From: Chiloscyllium plagiosum
Taxonomy: Eukaryota
Direction of reading: 5' to 3'
DNA length: 64,000 nt
Assembly: GCF_004010195.1 (NCBI RefSeq)
Contig: NC_057720.1
Span: forward strand, 3,827,938-3,891,937
Position 1 is the first letter of the stretch; every line of letters begins with the position of its first letter. Positions 10,450 through 23,599 of the stretch are shown here, piece after piece. The notes under the pieces were generated by a model that worked only from the letters and a program-made list of their open reading frames with translations, was not told the origin of the DNA and did not search any database. The position numbers were made by a program, and so were the translations under genes.

Positions 10450-11908
10450 CACACTAGATTCTTTCTTGTTGGAGATGGTAATTAACTGGTTTTGTGTGGC
10501 ACAAGTGTTTTATCCCTTATCAGTCCATGCCTATACATTGTCCAGATCTTCCATCACATGGACATGGACTGCTTATGGCTTGATACCTTGCTATGTGTTT
10601 GTGTTGAAGATAGACTGATTGATGAGAAGGTGTTGACAAAAACTTCCTTCAAGCTTAGAATAACACTATTTATTATACATTAAGACTAAAGCGTACTCTT
10701 GAGTGTAGAATAATCTTGTGTCGTTTAATATGCTGTCATGTGATGAAACCCAAGGTAATCTGTTCTGACTCTGCCCATGCTGTGCTATTTATGCTCAGGG
10801 ATGTAGAGTTGTGTGTGACATCATCACAAGTTTGCTCCAGGGTCTTAAAATACTTACACAACACAATCTGCAACCAATCCCACTTCTGACCTCTTGATGG
10901 AGGGTTGGGTCTAGGACACTAAGTTGAGGAAATCTTGCAGGAATACCCCAGGAGTGAGAGATTTTTCCTCCAAAAACAACAATCATCTTCCTTTAATCTT
11001 GGTATTACTCTAACCAGGGACCCTTACCCCACCATGATTCCAAGTGATTTCACTCCTTGAAGCCACACCCAATCACTTTGACCTTTACCCATGTTTGGAG
11101 CAGGGCTATGATTGAATGTAGAGTCAAGTTAGGCTGATGGTAATTGGTGATACTAGATTCGGAACGATTTTGATGGAAGGTGTCATCAACAGAGCTATCT
11201 AGCAGCACCTTCTCAGCAATAACCTGCTCACTGATATCAATAAATGCTGCCCCACACAGCAGTGCAAACTCTAATGGCTGAATAACACAGAATTTTGTGG
11301 TTTGGATGTACTGGGCATCATTGCATGTTTTCAGGTAGATGTCTGTGCTGCAGTTGTACTGGAACAGCTTGGTTATGGGCAGGGACATTTTTTCATTTAC
11401 TTGTGGGACTTGGGCATTGCTGGCAGAACAGCTTTATTGCTCGTCTCTATTTGCCCTTGCGAAGGTGGTGGTGAGCTTCCTCCTTGAACTGCTGCAGTTC
11501 ACATGCTGTGAGCAGATCAACAATACCCTCAGGGAGGGAATTCCGCCTTTCTCTAACTTTGTTAACCTGTCCAGCCAACTGAAACTTCTTTTCACAGACC
11601 TCCTTCTTCCCAAAATCCCCTTTCTGATATGAGTCTCTATATCTTTGACATTCCTGATGAAGGGCTTATGCCCAAAACGTTGACTCTCCTGCTCCTTGGA
11701 TACTGCCAGACCTGCTATGCTTTTCCGGCGCCACAAGTTTTGACTCGATATCTTTGCACCTCGTTAAAACTGTAATGTTTGACTTGTACTGTTTCTCTTC
11801 ATTCTTCCCATCAAAGTGTGTCACTCACACATCTTGTGTTAAACACCCATCTGTTTCGAGTCTGCTCACCCCAGTTAAGATGCCCAATAAAAGAAAGATA
11901 TATTTAAC

Positions 11909-12055
11909 CTTAGTTGGTGATTCTTCAACCTTTTCTTGCTCAATTTCAACACCACTGCCCAAATCAATCCAGGCTTTAAACTGCAACTCTTTGATAAATA
12001 GTTCCTCTTCCTCTTCCTCTTCCTTTGGCTTTATCTCCATTTTTTGTTCTAATGA
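11909..12055 (-). CDS. DNAI3: DNAI3 coding exon (SLEQKMEIKPKEEEEEEELFIKELQFKAWIDLGSGVEIEQEKVEESPTK)
   Basis: 147 nt, acceptor ttttcttccttgcag and donor gttaaa, phase 0 to 0. Resembles human KPWVSLGSEKEIEEESVTESTKQ. Confidence 0.9.
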
Positions 12056-12429
12056 CTGCAAGGAAGAAAAAGTAATTTTAAAAAAATAGGCGATTTCAGT
12101 GACCTTTTCATAACCTTTCATCTTTTAGGAGACCACCGCAAGGGAGTTAAGCAACAGCAGCAGACATGACAAAACCCCAGGATTACTGGGAAGTCCGGAA
12201 CTTTCTCTCACAAGAGCTTGCTGAGGATAGATGGTCAAAGTTAAAATGACAAAACTGAGACATGGGTATTCAAATGAAGAGAAAGCAACGCCAGAATATT
12301 AAAACAGGCCTCGGAGAAATAGAATTAGAAACGATGATACAAATTTGTGATCAAATAAGACCATAAAACATAGAAGAAGTAGGCTTTTCAGGCCACCGTA
12401 TCTGCTCCGCTGTTCCACAAGATCATAGT

Positions 12430-12931
12430 TTCCGTTTTTTCATACGTAAATCGCAGAACTTTTTAAAAGTTACATTCTCAAGTGAACTTTAACGATTGGT
12501 GTCATATCGGCCCAGATAATGCATTTAAGGATTGAGCTGCCCTGGGTGAGACTGTCTGTGGCACAATGGTCAGACTGATTCTAATCTAAAAAATGGATTT
12601 ACAGAATCTTACATGGATTCATGCACTTGAGAATGTAACTTTTAAATGTTCTGCGATTTGCATATGAAAGAACTGAAACCAACATAGTCATTCTAAAAGA
12701 TGAGAGACTTAACAAACAATCCAGGTCTTTTTCAATATATAATTTCAGTTACATCACACTGTAACTTTTGCTATGAGTTCTGGGTCTTATAATCTTATTC
12801 TCCACAACCACCTGATGAAGGGGCAGCGCTCCGAAAGCTAGTGTTTCCAAATAAACCTGATGGACTATAACGTGGTATTGCGTGATTTTTAACTTTGTAC
12901 ACCCCAATCCAACACTGGCACCTCCAAACCA
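12430..12931 (+). mobile_element. Penelope-like element terminal region with hammerhead-like core
   Basis: CCTGATGAAGGGGCAGCGCTCCGAAAGCTAG at about 12811-12841. Same family as 55470-55925. Confidence 0.55.
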
Positions 12932-12949
12932 TGACCGCAAGATCATGGC

Positions 12950-13352
12950 TGATAGAGTCATTGCGATGTACAGCATGGAAACAGACCCTTAAGTCTGGTT
13001 CGTCCATGCCAACAAGATATCCTAAATTAATCTCGGCCCATTTGCCAGCACTTGACCCATATCCCTCTGAACTCTTCCTATTCAAATATCCATCCAGATA
13101 CTGTTAAAACATTGTAATTGTACCAGTTTCTACCACTTCATCTGGCAGCTCACTCCATACATGCACCACCCTCTGGGTGAATAATATGCTCCTTGCATTC
13201 CTTTTAAATCTTGCCTCTCTAACCTTGAACCTATGTCCTCTAGTTTTGGACTCCCCCACCCTGGGGAAAAAAAAACCTTAATTATTCACACTATCCATTG
13301 TCCCTCATGATTTTATAAATCTCTATAAAGTCACCCCTCAGCCTTCAACACT
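12950..13352 (-). mobile_element. CR1 LINE 3' end
   Basis: Reverse complement of the CR1 ORF2 C-terminus and 3'UTR seen at 22459-22830. Confidence 0.8.
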
Positions 13353-13630
13353 CCCGCCTAGCCTTTTAAGTTTAATGTCCGATAATCCTCAACTCCACTT
13401 TCCCACCTTTTCCCCATAACTCTCAATTCCCTTCCTGGTTAAAAATATCTCTCTCAGCATTGAATATACTGAATGACCTAGCCTTGACAGCTCTCTGCTG
13501 TAAAAGATTCCACACATTTACTCCCCTCTGAGAGAAGAAATTCAACCTCACCCTGTCTTAATTGTGTGTGCCCTGAGTCTAGTTCTGATGCCCTCTGATC
13601 CAAGACTCTCTCACCGGGGGAAACGATCTT

Positions 13631-16570
13631 CTGGGAGGGTTTAAACTAGTTTGGCCGGGGGATGGGAACCAGAGCTACACATCTGAGAGGGGGGTAGTTA
13701 TAGATAGGGCAGCAACAGGATGTAGTGAATCTATCAGGGAAGTCTTTTATGGCATGAAACAAAGGGATCGGTTGAAGTGCGTCTGCTTTAACACAAGGAG
13801 TGTCAGAAATAAAAGTGATGAACTTAGAGCATGGATCAATAAATGGGGCTATGATATTGTGGCCATAACGGAGACATGGGTTTCACAGAGGCAGGAATGG
13901 TTGCTAAATGTTCCAGGGTTTAGAATGTTTAAAAAGAACGGGGTGGGGGGGGGGGGGGGGGGGGGAGGTGTAGCATTGCTAATCAGAGAGTGTGTCACAG
14001 CTGCAGATATGAAGGTTGTCGAGGAAGGTTTGACTACCGAATCAGTATGGGTGGACGTTAGGAACAGCAAGGGAACAGCCACCTCACTGGGGGTTTTCTA
14101 CAGACCTCCCAATGGCAGTAGGGAGATTGAAGAACTCATAGGCCGGCAAATTTTGGAAAAATGCAGATTTCCCATTATCAACTGGAACCTCCTCAGTGCA
14201 GATGGTTTGGATGGAGCCGTTTTTGTCAGGTTTGTTCAGGAGGGTTTCCTTACTCAGTATTACAGGCCAATGAGGGGAGAGGCCATTTTGCATTTGGTGC
14301 TTGGCAATGAGCCAGGACAGGTGTCAGATCTCACAATGGGAGAACACTTTGATGACAGTGACCATATCTGCTTCACATTTACCATAGCCATGGAGAGGGG
14401 AAGGAGCAGTTACCATGGGAAGATATTTAATTGGGACAAAGAAAATTATGACGCTATCAGACAGGAGTTGGGAAGTACAGATTGGGAGCAATTGTTCCAC
14501 ATAAAGGGCACAACAGACATGTGGAGACTATTTAAGGAGCAGTTGTGAGTGATGTAAAGATTTGTTCCTCTGAGACAGGTAAGAAGGGGTAAGAATAAGG
14601 AGCCTTGGATGACGAGAACAGAGGAGCTTCGTGTCAAAAGGAAGGTGGAGGAAGCAAGGATCTAGCAGAGCTTTAGAGGATTACAGGCTTGCTAGAAAGG
14701 AGCTCAGAAATGGACTGAGGAAAGCCAGAAGGGGGCATGAAAAAGGCTTGGCAAGACAGATTAGGGAGAAACCAAAGGCATTTTACTCATACATGAGGCA
14801 TAAGAGAATGATCAGAGAGAAGGTAGGGCCGGTCAGGGATAGCGGAGGGAACTTGTCCGTGGAGTCTGAGCAGATACGGGAAGCCCTAAATGAGTTTCTT
14901 GCTTTGGTTTTCACTGAGGAAAGGGACTTTGTTGTGAATGAGAACTTTGAGGAGCTGGGATACAGGCTTGACCAGATCAAGATTGATGAAGTTGATATGC
15001 TAGAAATTTTGGCAAATATTAAGATTGATAAGGCCCCAGGGCCAGACCAGATTTATCCCAGGCTGCTCTGAGAAGGGAAAAGGAAGTTGTTAAGCCAGTG
15101 GCGAACATATTTGTTTCCTCATTCTCCATGGAAGTTGTACCGGAGGATTGGAGGGAGGTGAATGTTGTTCCTCTTTTCAAGAAGGGTAATAAGGAATTCC
15201 TGGCAATTACAGACCAGTCAGTCTTACGTCTGTGGTCAGCAAAGTTTTGGAAAGAATTCTAAGGGATAGGATTTATGAATATTTGGAAAAGTATAGCATG
15301 ATTAAAGGCAGTCAGCATGGCTTTGTGAGGGGCAGGCTATGCTTCACAAATCTTATTGAGTTCTTTGAGGAGGTGATGAGACAGGCTGATGAAGATCAGG
15401 CAGTAGATGTGGTGTATATGGACTTCAGCAAGGCATTTGATAAGGTTCCCCATGGTAAGCTCATTCATAAAGTCAGGAGGTATGGGATACAGGGAGATTT
15501 GGCTGTTTGGATTCAGAATTGGTTGGCTGACAGAAGGCAGAGAGTGGTTGTAGATGGAAAGTATTCTACCTGGAGGTCAGTGATGAGTGCGATCCTGCAG
15601 GGCTATATTCTTGGGCCTCTGCTCTTAATAAATGACTTGGATGAGGAGGTTGAGGGTTGGGTTAGTAAATTTGCAGATGACACTGAGGTTGGAGGTGTCG
15701 TTGATAGTATCGAGGACTGCAGTGCGACATCGACAGGATGCAGAGCTGGGCTGAGAAATAGCAGATGGTTCAACCTGGATAAATGCGAAGTGATGCACTT
15801 TGGAAGGTCAAACGTGAGTGCTGAATATAGGATTAAAGACAGGATTCTTGGCAGTGTGGAGGAACAGAGGAATCTTGGTGTTCAAGTGCATAGATTCCCT
15901 CAAAGTTGCCACTCTAGTAGATAGGGTTGTTCAGAAAGCATATGGTGGTTTGGCTTTCATTAACAGGGGGATCAAATTTAAGAGCCGCGAGGTTTTGCTG
16001 CAGCTCTACAAAATCCTAGTGAGACCACACTTGGAATATTGTGTCCAGTTCTGGTGGCCCTATTATAGGAAAGATACAGAGGCTTTGGAGAGGGTACAAA
16101 GAAGGTTTACCAGGATGCTGCCTGGACTGGAGGGCCCTTCTTATGAAGAAAGGTTGAATAAGCTCGAACTTTTCTCTCTGGAGAGAAGGAGGAAGAGAGG
16201 TGACCTGATCGAGGTGTACAAGGCAATGAGAGGCATGGATATGGATAGAGTGGATAGCCAGAGACTTTTCCCCAGGACAGGATTGACTGCCATGAGGGGT
16301 CACAGTTGTAAAGTGTTAGGAGGAAGGTATAGAGGAGATGTCAGAAGTAGGTTCTTTATGCAGAGAGTTGTGAATGCATGGACTGCGTTGCCAGTGGTGG
16401 TGGTGGAAGCAGAGTCATTTAAGCAGCTGTTGGACATGCACATGGACAGCAGTGAATCGAGGGGTGCATAGGTTAGGTCATTTTATTTTAGACTAGGAAT
16501 AATCCTCCGCACAACTTCGTGGTCCGAAGGTCCTGTTCTGTGCTGTACTTTTCTATCTCTATATGTCTAT
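13631..16570 (+). mobile_element. CR1-clade LINE, nearly complete ORF2 (APE endonuclease + RT), frameshifted
   Basis: APE motifs YDIVAITETW, GVFYRPPN, DSDH. RT motifs KAPGPD, SQHGF, YMDFSKAFDKVPH, SKFADDT. C-terminal RPHLEYCVQFW. Interrupts an older minus-strand CR1 remnant (about 13375-13630 and 16571-16630). Confidence 0.92.
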
Positions 16571-16751
16571 GCATCACCCCGTCAAGTCCCCTCAGAATTT
16601 TGTTTGTTTTAATACGATCAGCTTTCATTTATCTCTCAAAGGGCTATGGATCTATGAAGTTCACTACCTCAGAGGGTGACGGATGCTGGGACATTGAGTA
16701 AATTTGAGGAAATATGTTTTTAATTAGTAATGGGTTGAAGGGTTACGGAGA

Positions 16752-17515
16752 GTGAGAGAAAGTGAGGAATGCTGGAGATCAGGGTCAAAGAGTGTGGTGC
16801 TGGAAAAGCACAGCAGGTCAGGCAGCATCCGAGGAGTAGGAAAGTCGATGTTTCAGGCATTAGCCCTTCATCAGGAATGTATGGGGTATAATGGAACTGA
16901 GAGATAAATAGAGGTGTTGCGGTGGGGCTCGGGGCAAGGTAGCTGGGAAAGCGACAAGTAGATGATAGGTCGGAGGGGAGGGTAGAGCGGATAGGTGGGA
17001 AGGATGATGGACAGGGTGCGACAGTTCAAGAGGGCGGTGCCGAGTTGGAGGGTTGGATCTGGAATGAGGTGCGGAGAGGGGAGATGAGGAAACTGGTGAA
17101 GTTGACGATGATGCCATGTGGTTGGAGGGTCCCAAGGCAGAAGATGAGGCATTCTTCCTCCAGACATCAGGTGGCTTGGATTTGGCGGTGGAGGAGGCCC
17201 AAGACTTGCATGTCCCTGGTGGAGTGGGAGGAGGAGTTGAAGTGTTCAGCCACAGGGCGTTGGGGTTGTTGGGCTTGTGTGTCCCAGAGATGTTCCCTGA
17301 AACATTCTGCAAGTTTGCGTCCTGTGTCCCCAATGTAGAGGAGACCACTTCGGGAGCAATGGACACAGTAGATTTGTTGCTTGGATGTGCAGGAAAATCT
17401 CTGCTGGATTTGGAAGGATGCTTTGGGGTCTTGGATGGAGTTGTAGGGGGAGGTGTGGGTGCAGGTTTTACACCACTTGCAGTGGCAGGGGAAGGTGCCA
17501 GGGAATGGGCAGGAA
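16752..17515 (-). mobile_element. Penelope-like element 3' part: GIY-YIG endonuclease plus terminal repeat
   Basis: ORF 17167-17547 contains CKWCKTC...IYCVHCSRSGLLYIGDTGRKLAECFREH...VAEHFN. Downstream on the minus strand is CCTGATGAAGGGCTAATGCCTGAAAC, a hammerhead-like core. Confidence 0.85.
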
Positions 17516-18078
17516 AGTGGAGTTGAGGCTGACATGAGATCAGGCACGATGGTATTAAATGGCAGAGCAAACTTGAGGGGCTGAATGGCCTCTTCCTGTT
17601 CCTAGGTTTTATGTTTTTATGTTTTAATTATTACAGGTGCAAAAGATCAATCTCTCCTCATTAGATAGTGTCTACATACCTGGGATCAATGAGTGAACCT
17701 TCTCTGGACTGCCTCCAATGTCAGTACATCTTTCCTTAGATGCGGGACCAAAAGTGTTCACAGTATTCCAGCTGTGGTCTGATTAGTACCTTGTGCAGTT
17801 TGAGTAAAAAGCCCCACGGTCCTACAGTCCATTCTCTTTGAAATAAAGGCCAACAGTCCCATTTGCCTTCCCCATTATTCACGGAATGTGGATGCTAGTT
17901 TATATATTAACGGATACATTCCAAAGTCTTGAGACATTCACTTACTCATCACTACTTCATTAATACTTTTAAAAACCTTGAATCAATGGGATGCAATCAT
18001 TTTAGAACTATCAGTGCAATGAGTTAGCTCATTAATTTGTTCTTGGAAATCATACTAAAGGGATGTAAGCAGGTATTT

Positions 18079-18408
18079 AGAATCCCTACGGTGCAGATAG
18101 CAGCCCAACTGCCCATCAAATCTTCACCAACCCTCCAAAGAGCACTCCAACCAAACCAACACCACCACCTGACATTTTAATGACGAATCCATCCCCCTGA
18201 ATACTATGGGCAATTTAGCCTGGCCAATCCACTCTAATCTGCACATCTTTGGACTGTGGGAGGAAACCGGAGCACCTGGAGAAAACCCACGCAGACACGG
18301 GGAGAATGTGCAAACTCCACACAGACAGTCACCCAAGGGTGGAATCAAACCTGGGACCCTGGTGCTGTGAGGCAGCAGTGCTAACCACTGAGCCACCGTA
18401 CTGCCCAT
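18079..18408 (-). mobile_element. HE1-type V-SINE
   Basis: Well-preserved reverse-complement copy with A and B box head. Confidence 0.85.
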
Positions 18409-19371
18409 GTGAGGCAGATATATGTGAAACACACAGTCTGAATTTACACCTAGAACAGGAACAAGCCAAGGAATATTTAACCGAAGAACAATCTTGAATA
18501 AAATTCAATTTAAATGGGGAGAGATTGCAGAACTCTGTAGAGCAGAGGGATGTGGAAGCCCTGATCAATGAATCACAAAGGTATTGTATAGGGAGAGCAA
18601 ATGATTAGAAGGTTTAATATTATCTCATTTACTGCAAAGAAAATGAAATAAAGGAGTAAGGAAGAGTTAGTACAGAGCCTGAATGCCAGACAGGATCACA
18701 GATATTTTACAGTGGGGATGGAGACCATCATGTCTGCACTGGCTGTTCAGCTAAATATCATTCCCAAATGTTAATCTTCCATTTCTCCCCCTCCCCGAAT
18801 CCTTGCACATTATTTCTATTCAAACAATTGTCCAACTACATCTGGAGAGTTATAGACAGTTTTGTATGTTTGTGTGTTTCACAATCCCTCAAGCCCACCT
18901 CCCCTTCCCCACCCAACCCCACCCCAACTCACCCCACCCCTCCACACCCCCCCCCCCCCCCTCCCCACCCCACCTCTGGATATTGAATACATCGAAAAAC
19001 TCTATTTTTTTTTTCAACCCAAAAGAATTTGCTGTGGGTCAGTTTTAAATTGAGGTTCACAATCAGGGTTTGGTAACTATGTAAAAGTTTGGCCGATCTT
19101 AAAGTGAAAATGAATAAAGAAAAAATCGAATAGTAATGATAACAAATCAAACATCACCTCCATTATGAGCAGAAATTAAGGACCATAAATAGTTCAATTT
19201 GCTCTTCCTTTGCTCTGTGACAAATACCAACCACATTTTGAGCCAATGCACCATTCCCACCCCCCGTTCACCCTTATACCAGTTATGGCACCAATAGCCA
19301 AATTTCACTCCAGAGTTAACCCGTTCCCTGCAGTGGACTGCGGCAGTTCAAAAAGGCAGCTCACCAAAAAG

Positions 19372-19578
19372 GAGAAAGTGAGGACTGCAGATGCTGCAGA
19401 TCAGAGTCAAAAGTGTGGCACTGGAAAAGCATAGCAGGTCAGGCAGCATCCGAGGAGCAGGAGAGTCGACGTTTTGAGCATAAGCCCTTCATCAGAACAT
19501 TCCCTGAATTTCGACTCCCCTGCTCCTTGGATGCTGCCTGACCAGCTGTGTTTTTACAGTGCCACACTTTTGACTCTG
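19372..19578. mobile_element. Palindromic Penelope-derived short element
   Basis: GGAGAAAGTGAGGACTGCAGATGCTG...CCCTTCATCAG followed by the inverted arm ending CACTTTTGACTCTGA. Confidence 0.7.
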
Positions 19579-19944
19579 AATGCCTTCTCAGAAGCAACTA
19601 GGGATGGCCCAGCCCCACCGCCCATGAGTGAATAAAAAAAAATACTGAGAGAAACTGGGGGGAGTCCAGGGCAGTGGGACATAACCTTAACACACAGACC
19701 ATTCAGTTGAGAAATTAGGTTAAACTTCTTTGCAAAAAGCATTGCAGAAATATGGAACTATCCCACAGAAATCAGCTCGATTAATGTTTTGTGATCCGAG
19801 ATTGATAGATTTCAGAGACATGTCTAACAGAAAGGACACCAGGTGGTGGACCCAGATGAGCAATGATCACATGGAGAGATGGAACAGACCGGAAATGGAA
19901 TGGAATCCCCTGCCCCAGGCTCTGTGTTAAAGAGAATCGCTTAC

Positions 19945-20049
19945 CTGTAAAACCGCTTCCTTCATCATTTCATTCATAACCATATAGAAACTTTGGCCAT
20001 ACTTGAAATCTTTGTCCAAGGCAATTAAAAACTCTTCTGTTGCATGCTC
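19945..20049 (-). CDS. DNAI3: DNAI3 coding exon (EHATEEFLIALDKDFKYGQSFYMVMNEMMKEAVLQ)
   Basis: 105 nt, acceptor acgcag and donor gtaagc, phase 0 to 0. Resembles human EYPGNELLLVYDKDFKYGLNFYLIATEEGKENYLN. Not in the ORF track. Confidence 0.92.
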
Positions 20050-21234
20050 CTGCGTTGAAACAGAGTCAAAGCAGCTTTAGTTGGGGTGGGTGGGGCGGTC
20101 AGGAAGAGTTCCAGAAAACCATGTGAAGCCAGGAGAGTTGTTGCATCGATATCAGACAGACTTAAACCCTTTGAGGACAAGTTCCATTTCCTGGTTGATT
20201 GAGTAACTTGCTTTTCAGATCACTCACACTGACCCCAAACCCCCACATACTCAGCATCCGTACTTACTCCCTTACACCTAACCACACTGCCAATCCAGCC
20301 TCAGTCTCCTTACTCCCCCTCACCAGTAAACACTGGGACACTCTCTCTCAAAGCCAATTCTCCGACCATCTCCCGGTAATCCTTGATTCCCTTATTAAGA
20401 GCCTTGGCTCTACAGCCTGCTGTGGCAATGAGTTCCATAGATTCCCCACCCTCTGGTTGAAGACATTTTTCCCCATTTCCGTTCTAAAGGGTCGTCCTTT
20501 CACTCTGAGGCCATGCCCTCGGATCTGAGTCTCTTTTACTAATGGAAACATCTCCTCCATATCCACTCTATCCAGGTCTCTCAGTATTCTGTAAGTTTCA
20601 TCCTTCTAAACTCCATCAAGTACAGACCCAGAGACAGCAACACCATGTCACATGACATGTCCTTCATCATGAGGTTCAAGGACGAAGCTCATCACGATCT
20701 TCTCAAGGGGCAATTAGGGATGGGTAATAAATGCTGGGCCCAGCCAGTGATGCCCACATCATGGAATAAATAACAATTCCAGAATCTCAAGTTTGAGAGT
20801 AAGATCGTGGTGAAGAGTGATCCCTGTGCCTGCAGCATGGTGACCCTCAGGTAAAATCACCACCCATCATCTCTGTCTCTCTAATGGGAGTGCAACCTTG
20901 TGGTCCTCAAGGATGATGGCAACTTCACTTTATGGACTTTGGAATATGACGCAATGTCCAACAGACACCTCCAAGTCCTGGAAAGGTACCATCAATGGTA
21001 CCTTCCCAACTTCCTTCAATTCAGGAAAGGTGGTCCAACAGCAGTTTCCTGTCCCAGGAAAGGTGGTCCAGTGGCAGCTTCCTGTCCCAGTATCCAGGTG
21101 TGGGTGTTGCTGGCTAGGTCAGCATTTATTCTCCCTCCCTAATTGCCCAGAGGGCAGTTAAGAGTCATCCATTTTGCCATATGTCTGGAGTCACATGTAG
21201 ACCTGACCAGGTAAGGATGACAAATGTCTTCCCC

Positions 21235-22834
21235 TAATGTCCAGATTACAGAGGAGGAAATGTTGGATGTCTTGAAATGGTTAAAGGTAGATAAATCCCC
21301 AGGACCTGATCAGGTGAACCCGAGAACTCTGCGGGAAGCTAGAGAAGTGATTGCTGGGCCTCTTGCTGAGATATTTGTATCATCGATAGTCACAGGTGAG
21401 GTGCCGGAAGACTGGAGGTTGGCAAACGTGGTACCACTGTTTAAGAAAGGTGATAAAGACAAACCAGGGAATGATAGACCGGTGAGCCTGACCTCAGTGG
21501 TGGGCAAGTTGTTGGAGGGAATCCTGAGGGACAGGATGTACATGTATTTGGAAAGGCAAGGACTGATTAGGGATAGTCTACATGGCTTTGATCATGGGAA
21601 AGCATGTCTCACAAACTTGATTGAGTTTTTTGAAGAAGTAACAAAGAGGATTGATGATGGCAGAGCAGTAGATGCGATCTATATGGACTTCAGTAAGGCG
21701 TTTGACAAGGGTTCCCCATGGGAGACTGGTTAGCAAGGTTAGATCTCATCGTATACAGGGAGAACTAGCCATTTGGATACAGAACTGGCTCAAAGGTAGA
21801 AGATAGAGGGTGGTGGTGGAGGGTTGTTTTTCAGACTGGAGGTCTGTGACCAGTGGAGTGCCACAAGGATCAGTGTTCGGTCCTCTACTTTTTGTCATTT
21901 ACATAAATGATTTGGATGCGAGCATAAGAGGATAGTTAGTAAGTTTGCAGATGACATCAAAATTGGAGGTGTAGTGTACAGTGAAGAGGATTACCTCAGA
22001 TTACAACAGGATCTGGACCAGATGGGCCAATGGGCTGAGAAGTGGCAGATGGAGTTTAATTCAGATAAATGCAAGGTGCTGCATTTTGGGAAAGCAAATC
22101 TTAGCAGGACTTATACACTTAATGTTAAGGTCCGAGGGAGTGTTGCTAAACAAAGAGACCTTGGAGTGCAGGTTCATAGCTCCTTGAATGTGATGTCACA
22201 GGTAGATAGGATAGTGAAGAAGGTGTTTGGTATGCTTTCCTTTATTGGTCAGAGTATTGAGTACAGGAGTTGGGAGGTCATGTTGTGGCTGTACAGGACA
22301 TTGGTTAGGCCACTGTTGGAATATTGCATGCAATTGTGGTCTACTTATCGGAAGGATGTTGTGAAACTTGAAAGGGTTCAGAAAAGATTTACAAGGATGT
22401 TGCCAGGGTTTGAACTATTGGGAGAGGCTGAGCAGGCTGGGGCTGTTTTCCCTGAAGCGTGAGGCTGAGGGGTGACCATATTGCGGTTTACAAAATTATG
22501 AGGGGCATGGATAGGGTAAATCGGCAAAGTCTTTTCCCTGGGATTGGGGAGTCCAGAACTAGAGGGCATAGGTTTAGGGTGAGAGGGGAAAGATATAAAA
22601 GAGACCTAAGGGGCAACTTTTTCATGCAGAGGGTGGTACGTGTATGGAATGAGCTGCCAGAGGAAGTGGTGGAGGCTGGTACAATTGCAACATTTAAGAG
22701 GCATTTGGATGGGTATATGAATAGGAAGGATTTGGAGGGCTATGGGCCAGGTGCTGACAGGTGGGACCAGATTGGGTTGGGATATCTGGTCGGCATGGCC
22801 AGGTTGGACCAATTTCTATGACTATGACTCTATA
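21235..22834 (+). mobile_element. CR1 LINE, 5'-truncated (RT and 3'UTR), inserted into a Deu-domain SINE
   Basis: KSPGPD, ANVVPLFKKG, YMDFSKAFDK, KFADD, WNELPEEVV and a CTATGA-repeat tail. Minus-strand Deu-SINE halves flank it (about 21095-21234 and 22835-23017). Confidence 0.9.
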
Positions 22835-23029
22835 AAGGAACAAGGGACTTTCCCAACAATTGACAATAGTTTCACTGTCATCAGCAGACCTTTAATTCTA
22901 GATTCTTTATTGAATTCAAATTCCACCATCTGCCATGGTTGGATTTGAACTCTGATCCCCAGAACATCAGCTATATTTCAGTCCCGCGATAATACCATGA
23001 AACCATTGCCTCCCCCATGACTGCTGTTA

Positions 23030-23365
23030 CCCAACACCAGATTCCCTGAAGCAACTGCTCAACTCAGTCATATTGGATGGCAGACTCCCAGGAGAACAGT
23101 GGAGATGACTTATGGACATCCTCAAAGCCTCTGTGAAAGAGGTCAAACAATCCCGCTAACTTGTTAGAGACCCTGGCTTGTGACTGTTCAAAATGAAGGT
23201 TCGTTCATGAAAGTACTGAGCAGACCGAGGGACTTTGTCAGGAATGGACAGAGCTGGTGTTGAGAGGCCCCAGGAACGCTCAGGCCTCCAATGATATCCC
23301 ATCTCCCTGCTCCTTCAAGCTTACCCTCCTCACCTGTGGAAGAGTCTGGAGATCACACGTTCAAA
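23030..23365 (+). mobile_element. Degenerate RTE-clade LINE C-terminal fragment
   Basis: Remnant translation resembling the PKQLL...D.LKASLK and C-terminal C..CGRV motifs of RTE ORF ends. Confidence 0.45.
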
Positions 23366-23599
23366 CACACAAACAAGAAACAAGAATAGGTCATACAGCC
23401 CTTCAAACCTGCTCCACCGTCCAATAAGACCAGAGCTGATCTGATCTTAAACTCAACTCTACACTCCTGCATTTCCCCGATAACCTTTCATGCCTTTGGT
23501 TTTCAAGATTCTATCTCTCTCTGTCTTAGTAAGATTTAAAGATTCTGTATCCACTGCCTTTGAAGGAAAGGAATTCCAAAGACTCTTAACTGTATCATC

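Noticed and set aside
10631..10828. Possible ~200-bp solo LTR (TGTTG...TCACA with TTTATT)
   Set aside because: No TSD or second copy in the window, so it cannot be supported.
13942..13967. Long G or C homopolymers (also about 9328, 10021, 18947, 48458, 53021, 59302) as G-quadruplex elements
   Set aside because: Mostly expansions inside repeats, with lengths that are unreliable in assemblies. No evidence of function.
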